DNA of 62,378 bases, the filler included, from Choristocarpus tenellus KU-1152 (taxonomy: Eukaryota > Protista > Phaeophyceae): the NCBI GenBank assembly GCA_964200185.2. It is 12 parts of 12 records of this genome, joined end to end, with 100 filler letters (N's around TTAATTAATTAA, not from the genome) between each part and the next. Parts side by side here need not be neighbours in the genome. Positions count along the whole stretch, not along the records: positions 36,732 to 40,104 come from CAXNAD020020462.1; positions 40,205 to 43,959 come from CAXNAD020018131.1; positions 44,060 to 46,671 come from CAXNAD020026281.1; positions 46,772 to 49,922 come from CAXNAD020021941.1; positions 50,023 to 59,474 come from CAXNAD020003662.1; 7 more parts are not named here. One strand, 5' to 3'. The notes beneath the pieces are model-generated. The model worked only from the letters and a program-made list of their open reading frames with translations. It had not been told where the DNA came from and ran no database searches. Positions 38,924 through 50,441 of this stretch are shown here, in pieces. Each line of letters begins with the position of its first letter. The first letter of the stretch is position 1. Made by a program: the position numbers and the translations under genes.

Positions 38924-39480
38924 AGCTGGGGACACCGATGAGATGGGCAAGGAGGGGCTGGTTAGATTCTTGGGGTGCTTCCCTAGCTCCTCACCCTGGG
39001 GAGCAGGACTAAGCTAGGTTGGAGGCACAGGAGGGCAGCGGTGTAGTGTAGCATAGCTGCTAATAAAATTGTGAATTGATAAATGCTGCTGCTGCAGCTG
39101 AGGCGTGAGAGCGCACCCACTACGAGAGCTCCTTTGATCCTTGTAGTTATAACCTCAACACCTTTGTGGTGGAAAGTTTTGGGCGCCTCGGCAAGCAAGT
39201 GGAATGCTTGCTGGATGAGCTGGCTACTCACATGGTAGGGGGGAGAGGAACAAGAGGATATAGCAGTAAAGGAGTATTAAAATCCTGGCTACGTCAAATT
39301 GTCTCGGTAACTATGCAAGAGGCACTGTCTAGATGCGTCATGCGTTTTAACCTGGAATCACCCGGGAGATGGTCACGGAGGAGCTTATTGGATTCTTGGG
39401 CCTCCCTAGCTCCTCACAGGGCACAGGTAGATTGGAGACACAGGAGGGCAGTAGCACAACATAGTGGTGAAGTAACAAAT
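38924..39480 (+). mobile_element. Two tandem 5'-truncated 3' ends of an RLE-type (CRE-like) non-LTR retrotransposon
   Basis: 39083-39480 encodes AAAAEA*ERTHY..FVVESFGRLGKQVECLLDELATH, homologous to 40326-40823. 38924-39075 is the 3' tail only. Confidence 0.8.
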
Positions 39481-39505
39481 GTATTAGGGTTTTTCACACT
39501 TATAA

Positions 39506-39548
<43 letters not shown>

Positions 39549-39824
39549 TCCTCTTTGGCTTGTTCTTTTTTTTTGTTTTTTTTTTTTTTTTTTTTGTTGT
39601 GCGCCACACTGACGTGCTGGCCTCCNNNNNNNNNNACAAGGGGGGAGGAAGACAAACAAGGGGGGGAATAACAAAATTTTTTTTGTTTTTCTCTCTTTAT
39701 ATCCCCCCCCCCCCCCCCCTTCCCCCTCCCCCCTGTGTGTGTTCTGTTGTGTGTTGTGCTTGTATGTACATTTTATTTCTGTAGGGCTTATCATACTGAC
39801 AATATATATAGTTTTCATTGCTTT

Positions 39825-40104
39825 CCCCCCCTCACACATCTCGAAAATGTCAGAGGGCATAATAATAAAAAAATATAAAAATGTCTTCCACATTTACGAC
39901 AACTGTTACTTTGTCAGAGGTTGTTCTGACATTTGAATGGTGTTTCAAAGGCTTTTCCCCTGGCACATCTTCAAAATTTCATAAATATAATAATGTCATA
40001 TAACTTTCCTTCAGTACACGGGTAAACCGCTGATGTGGTATACTGTCAACACTTCATATTGTTTATTATTATTATGCCCTCTGACATTTTGCAGATGTGT
40101 CAGG
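39825..40104. mobile_element. MITE family C (long TIR)
   Basis: CCTCACACATCTCGAAAATGTCAGAGGGCATAATAATAA and its inverse TTATTATTATGCCCTCTGACATTTTGCAGATGTGTCAGG; a related fragment lies at ~38870-38910. Confidence 0.7.
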
Positions 40105-40204
40105 NNNNNNNNNNNNNNNNNNNNNNNNNNNNNNNNNNNNNNNNNNNNTTAATTAATTAANNNNNNNNNNNNNNNNNNNNNNNNNNNNNNNNNNNNNNNN
40201 NNNN

Positions 40205-41180
40205 CTACTGCCTTCCTGTTGTGCCTCCAATCTCCCTATACCTGTTTCTGGGTGGGGGGGAACCTAGGGAGGCATCCCAAGAATCCAATAAACCCCTCCG
40301 TGCCCATCTCCTTGGTGATTCCAGCTTATAATGCATGACGTCTAGACTGTGCCACTTGTGTAGTTACCAAGAAAAGTTGGCGTAGCCGGGATTTAACTAT
40401 TCCTTCCCTGCAATATCCTCCTGCTCCTCTCCCCTCTACCATGTGAGTAGCCAGCTCATCCAGGAAGCATTCTGCTTGCTTGCCGAGGCGCCCAGAACTT
40501 TCCACCGCAAAGGTGTTGAGGTTATAACTACAAGGACCAAAAGAGCCCTCATAGTAGTGGGTGCGCTTTCGCGCCTCGGCTGCTGCAGCAGCTATACCAT
40601 TGCTTGTGAACGAGTGGGTTATGTGGGAGGTTGCCTGTACCTCTGCAAAGGTGACGTCTAGCAGAAGATCTTTGTCGCTGTAGGGAGCTGTTCCAACGTC
40701 CGCTAGTGCTCCTGGGTGAAACAACAGATCCATGCGGAGATTCCTGTCCACTGTGAAAGGGCTACCATCCTCCGTAGTGCAAGGGATACCCATCCCGTTG
40801 CATAGTTGGTGCAGGCGTTTCACCTTTGGAGTGTGCTGTCATACCTGTCCCCCTGTCCTGGGGCACGTGCAGATAGCTTGTGAGAAGGACTCGCGATGAG
40901 GCCCTTGCTGCCTTGCTAGGAGGGTGGGGAGAGTAGCTACCAGTGATACTACAAAAACCGCATGTTGGCGGTGTTTCACAGAGGAGAGGCCCAGACCCCC
41001 CGCACTTGTAGGCATCTGTGCCTGTATTTGTTGGTGGGTCTCTAGGCGAAGAGACCCATTGTTACACCCTCCCTCGAAGAAATCCGTCACCTCTGTCGAG
41101 TCAGTTACCTCTATTATCCTCTCAATTGCTCCATGGTGGAGCATGCCTGGAGGGGGGGAGTGACCCTCACTATATTGCCC
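40205..41180 (-). mobile_element. Non-LTR retrotransposon C-terminal region with restriction-like endonuclease (CRE-like), degenerate
   Basis: Post-RT motif QAQMPTSAGGLGL, then RMDLLF..LLLDVT..AAAAAEARKRTHY..FAVESSGRLG (PD-(D/E)xK RLE-like); internal deletion or frameshift. Confidence 0.82.
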
Positions 41181-44059
41181 CTAGCCGGGAGGAGAGGGAC
41201 CAGGAGTTGAGGAGCTATGTATTATTCACCCCTCCTTCGCTCTTCTGATGCAAGTATTTCTACAACATTTTTTCCTACTGATTTCTGAATCACAAGTGAA
41301 TTTTTTACGTCGTGATTTATTCGATACGTGATTGTTTTAAGTTAGAAGGCGGTGGTGAGTACTCCGGTTTGGTAATAATACATTTTTTTTAAATTACTCG
41401 GCAGTCAAGGGTGCCACTACTGATTTCAACTGTAACCACCATTGCTGTTAGCTAGACAGGAACAATTGATCTGCCCTGGTGTCGGATGGTTGGGGCTTAG
41501 TGAACCCGTTGTTTATTGAATGTAATATTATTCTTAGCTAGAATTACAGTGACATACATGCACTGCACAGCATGTATGCACGCCAACCAGCATTTTGGCG
41601 AACAAGGAGTGTCTGCCAACCGAAACTGGTCGTCCCAAGGGCATTGATGAAGTAGCCAAGCAAGGCTGAAAAAGGGAACGGAACAGTAACAATAATGCAA
41701 AATGTGTAAGTAACCTGGCACCCCACCCCTTCCATTTCTTACTAGAGATCTCTATGTATGTATGCATACAATTACCAATCTGAAGAGGTAAACCTTCACA
41801 GTATTTTTACGCTCACAAACTATCAAGCAACAATCAGCAAGCAGACAGCGGCAAAATAATGTTTCAAGTTAACCCACTACAATTTACCTATCTTGTGGAG
41901 CACGCAGAATTGAAAGTCGTCCGTAACAGTCACACAACCCGAGTCAACAACCAATAGCGGCGTACTGAAATATTCCGCAAATATCAGTACTGAGCTTGAA
42001 GTTTCTTACTCGACACTGTGCAGTGTTGGTTGCTTTGCCGTCAACATTCCTCAACCACGATTCACTGTGAAAATAAACCACACAATAAAACAAAACCCCA
42101 TAATAATTGAGAATATAAACATTCACCTCATTTTGCCCTTCCTATAAAAAAAACTCGCAACTGTAGTGTGAATATCTACCGCTGCATGTTGTGGTCAAAA
42201 TTATCTCGAGTTCCAAGCAAGTTTGTTGTCAGTGTGTGGTTTTTCTTCTCGAAGCCTCACTGTTGATGATTTGCCAAACCTTCTCCGCTCTGCTATTTAG
42301 TTCAATCCCCCAACCCAACCCACTTGAAACAAAAAAAATATAATGGAAGTAGAAAAAGATGCTGGGCTGAGGGGGGAGCATTCACAAACAAGGCATGCCA
42401 ACAATACAAAGCAACTCAAAGAAAAATCAGAATGCAGCAACAAACATCCATCTCCCTACCCTACTGCATCAGGTTGTAATTTATGGAAGTGCTTAAACCT
42501 ACAGCGCATACACCACGTATGTGTGCACACACACGTCAAGTGCATGCTCAACTGATATGTCAAGGAACATGTAACCTGAGTCTTTCCTTCGTTTACATGT
42601 CCCTCACATCCCCCCATACTTGTCTCCCAAAAATGCCTCCACTACAACAAATTGGGTTGCTCTCGTACTTACTCCTATTACAAGTAACCAAGGAGAACAT
42701 AGGAGAGGGGCAGCTTATTCTCATGCACTGCTTCTTGTGTACAGTGTTACCTATTAATAGCACGCAGCAACCAATCACATTCTTCTTCAGGTGATTGTAC
42801 AAACGTAACCAAAATCCCCCTACCGCAATCCCAAGCCATGCAGTTTCTGTCACTGTGCAGAGTGTATCCTTGCTTCACAACCAGATTTCAACAGATGTTG
42901 CTACAGAGGAAACACAGGGGTAGGTGGCAAGAGTCACAATGCAATTGAGAAAGGACAGGGGAGGGAGGGAGGGTGAAAGTGTGGAAAGCAAAGACAATAA
43001 GAGCACTTTGAACGCAACGTTTTTGCAGCTGACACCAGGAGGTGTAAGGAAGGGGGCTCCGCTTCCCTTTCTTCTGCCACACTCTCCACTGAACACACAT
43101 AATTTGTCCTTTCCAAGGACGTACCACAGCCAAACCATCCTACACAATCAACATCAAACACATGCACATCTGTGTACAAACATAACCACAGAAACACCAA
43201 CAATCTTGACACTAATACAAACACCACCCAGCCAACCCTCTGAACTCACACCCATCTAGACTGGTACACAACACAAACCACACACTGACTCCGGAAGAGC
43301 CATCTGGAGTACCTCAAACCGTCACACTTCAAAAAAAACAAAGAGCCAAGCCATACTCTGTGACATGTCAAAAGAGAGACTGTATAGTAGTGCACGCCTG
43401 TGCACGCCTCCACACTGTGCAAGAAGTTGCAGAGCCAGAGAATATAAACCCCCTTTCCCAAGCTCCCCTCCCACAGCTGTACCTTCTTCTCGGGTACATA
43501 CTCATGACTACCCAACTCACCATCTCCAAGCCCACCAAAGAGGCAAAAAGCAACTTCAATGGTGAAGGGAAAACGAGTTTGGTGGGGAGAGAGAGAGGAG
43601 TAAGGGAGGCATGGGTACAATCAGACATCCAGTGCCCACCCTGCCTTATCATAAGCACCAGCATGCCAGCAATAGTGTGTGTGATGTCAACACTGCCATG
43701 TAAATAAGACCAGTCAGTAGGCACAACACACGCATGATGCACCCACACCCTCACTCGTTTCCCACCAGCCTTCCCTCCCACCTTGTATCCCTCAAGATGA
43801 ACTGGGTTACAACATATAATTCCTCAAAACAGGAACAGGAACAGGAACAACCACAGTCTTCTGAAAGCAGACTCCCTTTGTGCCAAGAAAAACTGCAGGG
43901 GTGCACTTCATGTGAGCGGACAAAATAAGGTCCCCTTCCAAAGAAGGTTTCTCCCCCCCNNNNNNNNNNNNNNNNNNNNNNNNNNNNNNNNNNNNNNNNN
44001 NNNTTAATTAATTAANNNNNNNNNNNNNNNNNNNNNNNNNNNNNNNNNNNNNNNNNNNN

Positions 44060-44102
44060 ACCCTGGTGTAGACCCCCCCCCCCCACACAGATACTTTGAG
44101 CC
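44060..44102 (+). mobile_element. MITE family B terminus
   Basis: CCCTGGTGTAGACCCCCC..CAGATACTTTGAGCC. Confidence 0.8.
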
Positions 44103-46390
44103 GTTCCGTTTGTTGTCCTACCTCCTTAATGCTGCTCACATAAAATAAATCCAGGAACCAGAAATACATATAGATACATACTTCGAAGAATATTTTGTAT
44201 TCATCTACACTACTACCACCATCTCTACCAACAAACTTCATCCAGCATTGTTTTGTGTTTCATTTGAGTAGGCATTACCAACAACAAAAAAACATAGCCC
44301 CTAACCAAGAGCACACACACACTATACCAGTTACATGGTACACAAAAAGTATTACTTCTGATTTTGCTTCGGTCATTGCCAAACCATTATCCAGCGAATT
44401 ATGAATATATCGATGCCAGTGAGAGTGTAAAGAGCATCAGAAAGATAAATTTGGTTACAATGATAAGTACTGCAAAGGAACCAAAACGCTCAAAACAAGG
44501 TACTATAAATTGTTACCAAAATCAATTAGGTGATAGATGATGAGTGAATGGTTGTGACTATCATAGAATGACGAATAGACTTAAGATTGACCAAAGAAAG
44601 ACTAACATGAGTAACGAGCTGGCCATTATTATACCATGTATGATATTTTTGGTCAAGAAATACAATTTGGCTCGAAGAAAAAACGAAACATTCAAAGCAA
44701 TAAAATATACAAAAAAGAAATGTAGTGACATAGATATTTGCTTATGCTACCATATCTCTTTGAGCTTAGCTGCCAAGTTGATCGCTTACTGTGCTGCCTT
44801 CACTTCATTTGGCTCACTTAGTATATCCCACACAGTATTACGGGTATCTCTAAGCTTTGCTTTTTTATAGTTAGCTTTGAGGATGGAAATTAGTTTTTTT
44901 AAATGATGTGTTTCAGTGTTGACACTCAAAATATGAGTAGTGCTGATCAGGAGGGAGGCACTAATTTTTTCCCATGTCTAAGGAATACATACCACAGAGA
45001 CTCTTTTATTGCTGTTGTTTGTGCAATGTTTGATTATTTCTCCCGCCTCCAATTACTGATAAAATGTGCAAAATGTGACATGGATATTATTACGCAGTAA
45101 TATTATCATGATGCTTCAGGACTACTGAATTATGAGTATACATAGCTGCTGCTGTAACTTAGGATGAGGAGCCCACATTTAATATTATGCTGAGAGTGTC
45201 ATGAGGCAAGGTACAATCAGTCGTGGGGGATGTTCAGAATCACCAGTTGTGTCACGGTGGGTTACTTTCAGTAAACCCAAAGCTCTCTCAGCCATCAAAT
45301 CGTAGGAGAAGGTTGTATGGAATCTCAGATCCGATGGGGGACGTTACATCTTTGTGACCGTCAACGGCGAGTGATCTGATAATTCTCAAGAGTTCTCTGT
45401 GTTTAATGTTGATGGGAACATTACCAATGAGAAAGAAATGTGCGCGCAATGCAATTGTGTGTGCGCGTGGATGTGGATTGGACTCAGATCATCTCCCAAA
45501 GAAAGGGACTTGTCCGTCACAAGAAGAGCACATGATAATAGTGGTGGTTACATTGAATATTAGGAAAGGTCTACCAGTACTAGTCGAAGCATGGAGTATA
45601 ATATCAATAACACAAAAAATGAGTAGCCTATGTTTCAACACGGTCCAGACCTTCCTATACTCTTCAAACAAAACTAATCTTACTACGTAGAATATTCCAA
45701 GGAATCCAACGCAAAATCCGTTTTTAAATCTGAGGTCATCCCGAAGAGGTAAGTATACATGCATAAAGGAACAGACTTACGAGAAAGAGGGAGTAGGTAA
45801 CAAAGGTACAGGCAGCACTGAGTGGTACATTGTTGGCATCCACATCATGCCATCAGTTGCAGTTTGAAAAATATACAGAGAATTCCTGGAGCATACAATG
45901 TCAGTTTCGAGACCTTGGGAAGGATCCAAAACTAGGGGTTCTGTTGGTTTCACTTTCTGACTAATCTGACGAACCTACCTACGGCAGCGATTCTGTTGTT
46001 CATAGAGGGGTCATCTTGTACGTGACCGTCCCCTTGGACATCTCAGAAGGCCACATCCAGCCGTAGACCATTTTCGTGGAATTTATTTGAGTAGAGTTCA
46101 TATCAACGAAAATGAAAATATATATTTATATATTCATGATTGTGAAACACTTGAAAGTAATAGTAGTAGTAATAGAAATACAAATACAAAAAAAGGAGGA
46201 GTAAATAATAGTAATAAAAATAATAGTAATCGTAGTAGTAGTAATTCATACCAAGCGGTATGTATATAAAAATATTCTGGACGAGTTCCCATACGGTAAG
46301 GGGTAGATAGACGGGAGACTACAGCAGGAAAGGAGCTGTCAAATCCCGTATACAACAACAGATAATGTCCGTCATAACTTAAACGGCCCT

Positions 46391-46555
46391 ATCAAGACGT
46401 GCTGTGCTCTTTGAGCTGGAGACACCAGGGAGATGGGCAAGGAGGGGGCTGTCGTATTCTTGGTGTGCTTCCCTAACTCCTCGCCTGGGGGTGTAGGGCT
46501 AAGCTAAGTTGGAGGTATAGGAGGGGAGTGGTGTAGCATAGCTGGTAGTTAAATA
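46391..46555 (+). mobile_element. Short 3' fragment of the CRE-like non-LTR element
   Basis: AGCTGGAGACACCAGGGAGATGGGCAAGGAGGGGGCTG..GCTAAGTTGGAGG..GTGTAGCATAGCTG matches 38924-39075. Confidence 0.75.
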
Positions 46556-46603
46556 GAAACTGATGATACAGAAAAATGTCCTTATCACATTTTCGACAAC
46601 TAA

Positions 46604-46831
46604 CAGTGGATTCGCAAAATTGAGGATGGAGCGGGACTATGAGGATGGTTGTTTTGCGAAAACGGTCTTTANNNNNNNNNNNNNNNNNNNNNNNNNNNNN
46701 NNNNNNNNNNNNNNNTTAATTAATTAANNNNNNNNNNNNNNNNNNNNNNNNNNNNNNNNNNNNNNNNNNNNCATTTTGGGTCAAACTCATCCTCCATAAA
46801 ATGCTCCATCCTCGATTTTGCCGAGAGGCTG
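46604..46831. mobile_element. Inverted terminal repeats flanking a gap (possible Tc1/pogo-type MITE, CAG termini)
   Basis: CAGTGGATTCGCAAAATTGAGGATGGAGC versus GCTCCATCCTCGATTTTGCCGAGAGGCTG; the two halves may be different copies. Confidence 0.5.
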
Positions 46832-47575
46832 TTTTAAGCCAAACCAAATGTGGCGTAGAATACCCACATCTTATAAATTCATTCGCAAAAAATGAATTTT
46901 CCTATGTCGGTTTCAAGAATTTTATTTATCTCATTATTACCCGACGAAAATTGTGTATAATTAATATTACTCTTTTATTGGGTAATATTAGGTTGAACCT
47001 GATGAAGTATACTTCGAAGTACGTAAGTATTCTTACGTTATGTGTTCATTCTATTCTATTATTTCTTGGATATTTTTGGTATTTTTTTGACATGCACCCA
47101 AAATATCTGTCTTAACACATCCAGACCAACCATTGAGATTGTAAGGGGACAAGGCTGGTACCCTGGTTCCTCCAGTCAGTCCGTTTAACTGCCAGTCTGT
47201 TAAAAAGCCCTGAAAGAACTAAGATCGTTATTGACACAGACCTATAAACTCCAGTTTGTTCAACATACTCCTCTGATACATAGATTTTGGTAGGTGGGAT
47301 GTCAAAGAAGTGACTTTTGCTCCTTCTTTAGTCCAGCCAGTCCATTCCCCAATGAAACCAATGGTAACTTCGAACGCCCACACATGGCACGCACACAACG
47401 TTACATAAATATCATTGTTCTGCGATTTGTGATGGGTTTGGGATGTTGAGGGAACTTAAATCACATAGTATGTCCAGATTCTTGTTTTTCTTTAAATGTT
47501 TAATAAAATTCTATTATTCAACACACTTGGAAGGCACTACAGCTGGGTAGCTAGTATATTTCTTGGTTGATTTCA

Positions 47576-49117
47576 CTACCTAACATTCGGCACTGTGCTA
47601 TCTGAGACAAGAACAGTAGAACCAGCATCATGGACCTTGGCTTCTTCTTCATAGCGCTGCTTATCAGCAATCTCCAGCTCAACATACAGCTCGTATTCAT
47701 TGTTAGGCATAGCCTTCCATCGCTGACCAAAGATCTTGCTCATGAGCGACTTGGCTAAATGGGATCCTGATGACAACACACCGTTTCGTTCCTGTAGGAG
47801 AAGGCATCAGTTGCATATCAACAAGGGTCAATTGAATATGCTTTGGGCTCATGCTGCACAATGTTGTAGGTATTTTTGCAGGTGGAGCATGCTCCCAAGA
47901 ATATAATATTTTGTGTGTGTTTTTCGTTCATTCATCGGATGGGAATACAGATCGTTGATGAGGAGCTCACGTGCTTTCATGGAGAGACTTGGAAATGTAA
48001 TTTTGTTTCTGCTTGGTAATGAGGCAACAATCAATGAACTAAGAATGGCCTTTGGAATCACATCACGTAGGTAGAGGGTTACATATGTTTAGTTCCTTGT
48101 TCTAGTTGGAAAAAGAGGTCAGACACCTCAACCAAGAATATGTGAATTAAGTAGTCTTTGTTCGTTATTTTTTTGCAGCAGAGCACTTTCCATGCAGGCA
48201 ACTTGTCCAACCAACATACATACGTGAAGAATAGTGAATATATTGACCCGAGCTGAGCTCTCATACTGGTCCTCTTCGTTTGAAAACAAGTGCATGTTCA
48301 ATATGGAAAGAAAATGAAAAGGCATTACTTGGACGTCAGTTGCGAGAACAGAAATGTGGACAGAATTGCCAGATGGCAAGGAAAACATTTTTCATACCTC
48401 TCTAATTCAATAGTCACTTTGCAAAGTATTCGAGGGAATGGATGGAGACATTTTTACGGGCCACGTGGGGAGGTAAGATGACCAGTTTAGCTGTCAAGGT
48501 GAGAGAAATATGCACAATTGGTGTCAAGAGCGGCTCAAAGTATCTGGGGGGGTGTTTGGTGGCTGTCCATTTGGGGCCAATTTTTTCATGTCGGTATTTT
48601 GTATGATTTGGTTGCATACGTCGGATGGATATTGTAAGTGCACGTTTCCTGGTTATGGCCCAAATGGACACCCTGGTGCAACCCTCCCCTCCCCCGGATA
48701 GTAGTAAGGAGACTAGCCTTGTTGTGGTGACTAAGAAAAAGCTAAGGGACATGCAATGGTTTACCTGGTGCGCAAAATGAGTGTATGCTGGTTTTGGTCT
48801 GCATGGCTGTGATGCATACACAAGAGCTTCTGCCTCACTTCCCGGGGGTTGCATGCCCTTCGGGACGTTGATCCTGAACAGTGGAACATGCGGAAAGCAT
48901 GAGATCTGAACACGGCCTAAAGGCTGAACCAGTGTCATGATGCAAGTAATCATTTCTCCACAAGGTATGCATACAATCTCAACTTGTTCACGGCACAGAG
49001 ATTTCTTCCCCAGGAAATAATTGAGCTCATCTCACAATTTCATACTAATCTCTACCTAGAGACTCACGTTGGTGCAACTCGCTCGTACCCCTGAGTTGGT
49101 CGATACGTCTTCATTTC
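47576..49117 (-). CDS. HMG-box protein (one complete box preceded by the tail of another)
   Basis: Exons 49117-49068 (EMKTYRPTQGYERVAPT), 48873-48765 (..PCRPKPAYTHFAHQ) and 47791-47576 (ERNGVLSSGSHLAKSLMSKIFGQRWKAMPNNEYELYVELEIADKQRYEEE..) join in compatible phases. Canonical P.RP..AY..F, G.RW and DK.RY.EE motifs. Confidence 0.88.
48532..48700 (+). mobile_element. MITE family B inside an HMG-box intron
   Basis: GGCTCAAAGTATCTGGGGGG..CAAATGGACACCCTGGTG, with a degenerate right end. Confidence 0.85.
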
Positions 49118-49764
49118 CTGCAGACGATCACAATAACAAGGTCTTGTTGAATTCTACCTCAAGTGGTGGAAGTACACAAAAGCTACCCAGGCAGCCAACT
49201 TCATCAAAAATACAAAATATGGGAAGTTCCCCTCAAATAGCGACGTACATAGGCAGGTTATGCACTGACCCAGCGATCCTGCCAGTTGAGGATCCCAAAA
49301 TTCTGTGAGTCAACCTAAAATGGCGCAAAAAGAAAAAATACACAAAAGCACAAGCCCCCCATCTCCGCCCTGTGGCCGATTTGAAAGGTTAGGGCTCATT
49401 AATGATTTCAAGATTTGCAGCTATCGCTAGACAAGTAGTGAGGTGGAAATCAACACCAAGAAGCTTTGTTTGACCAGTTACTTGACTACACGGTCAGGGG
49501 CTCATTTGTGAGCGTGTCATGGCCTAGTATATAGCAAGGCTACGGCAAGTTCCCTGGTGGGCACAAGGGTGTTAGTATCGAGTAGGCTGGCAGGGTTCAG
49601 AGAAATTCCGCAATCGTATGGCCAGTACATGCTATTAAAGGGTTTTGTGCCTGTGGCAAGGAGGGTTACAGGACTGCTGAGAGCGTCAATCAAGGGTAGT
49701 TGCATGCCTAGATAAGCACAGTTAGAGCAGAAACAACAATAGGCCCATGCCTAGTGTTGTGAAT

Positions 49765-49922
49765 GGCTCAAAGTATCTTGGGGGGGGGAGGTGGCGGCTG
49801 TCCATTCGGGGCCAATTTTTTCATGTCGCTATTTTTGTGTGATTTGGTTTCATACGTCAAATGGATAATGTAAGTGCACTTTTCCTGTTTATGGCCTAAA
49901 TGGACACCCTGGTGTAGACCCC
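49765..49922 (+). mobile_element. MITE family B, truncated by gap
   Basis: GGCTCAAAGTATCTTGGGGG..AAATGGACACCCTGGTGTAGACCCC. Confidence 0.88.
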
Positions 49923-50149
49923 NNNNNNNNNNNNNNNNNNNNNNNNNNNNNNNNNNNNNNNNNNNNTTAATTAATTAANNNNNNNNNNNNNNNNNNNNNN
50001 NNNNNNNNNNNNNNNNNNNNNNGCGGTACAAAAAATAGTACTTCAGAGTAGTTTCTTTAGGGGCGGCGTTTCATCGTCATTATGGAAGTTTGACTGAGAA
50101 GAAGAAGAAGAGAAGAAGAAGAAGTGTTACTTTCCCATATTATTAGATT

Positions 50150-50379
50150 GAGCGAAAGTATCTTAGAGGGTACAAGTTTTGCCCTGGCTTCTTATGACAT
50201 CTTAACTACTCTGAAATGTTCTGGAGTGGGTAAAATGTATACGTAATGAAAATGGGTGTCCAGAACCAAGGATATTGACACTTTCCAACAAATACAATAG
50301 CCAAAATTTCATCGAAATCACAACATTGGATTTTGGCCCGCAAATGGACGCGGCTCTACCCCCTAAGATACTTTGACTC
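50150..50379 (+). mobile_element. MITE family A with internal deletion
   Basis: GAGCGAAAGTATCTTAGAGGGTA..TACCCCCTAAGATACTTTGACTC; no matching TSD. Confidence 0.88.
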
Positions 50380-50441
50380 CAATAGAGGGGGTGTGAAATA
50401 CACAGATTAAACTAGAAAGGCATTGGAATGGAGGTGGGCAC

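Noticed and set aside
41400-43930. Scattered minus-strand exon candidates (e.g. TETAWLGIAVGGFWLRLYNHLKKNVI, LLFASLVGLEMVSWVVMSMYPRR)
   Set aside because: Possibly a real membrane-protein gene, but phases and family could not be established
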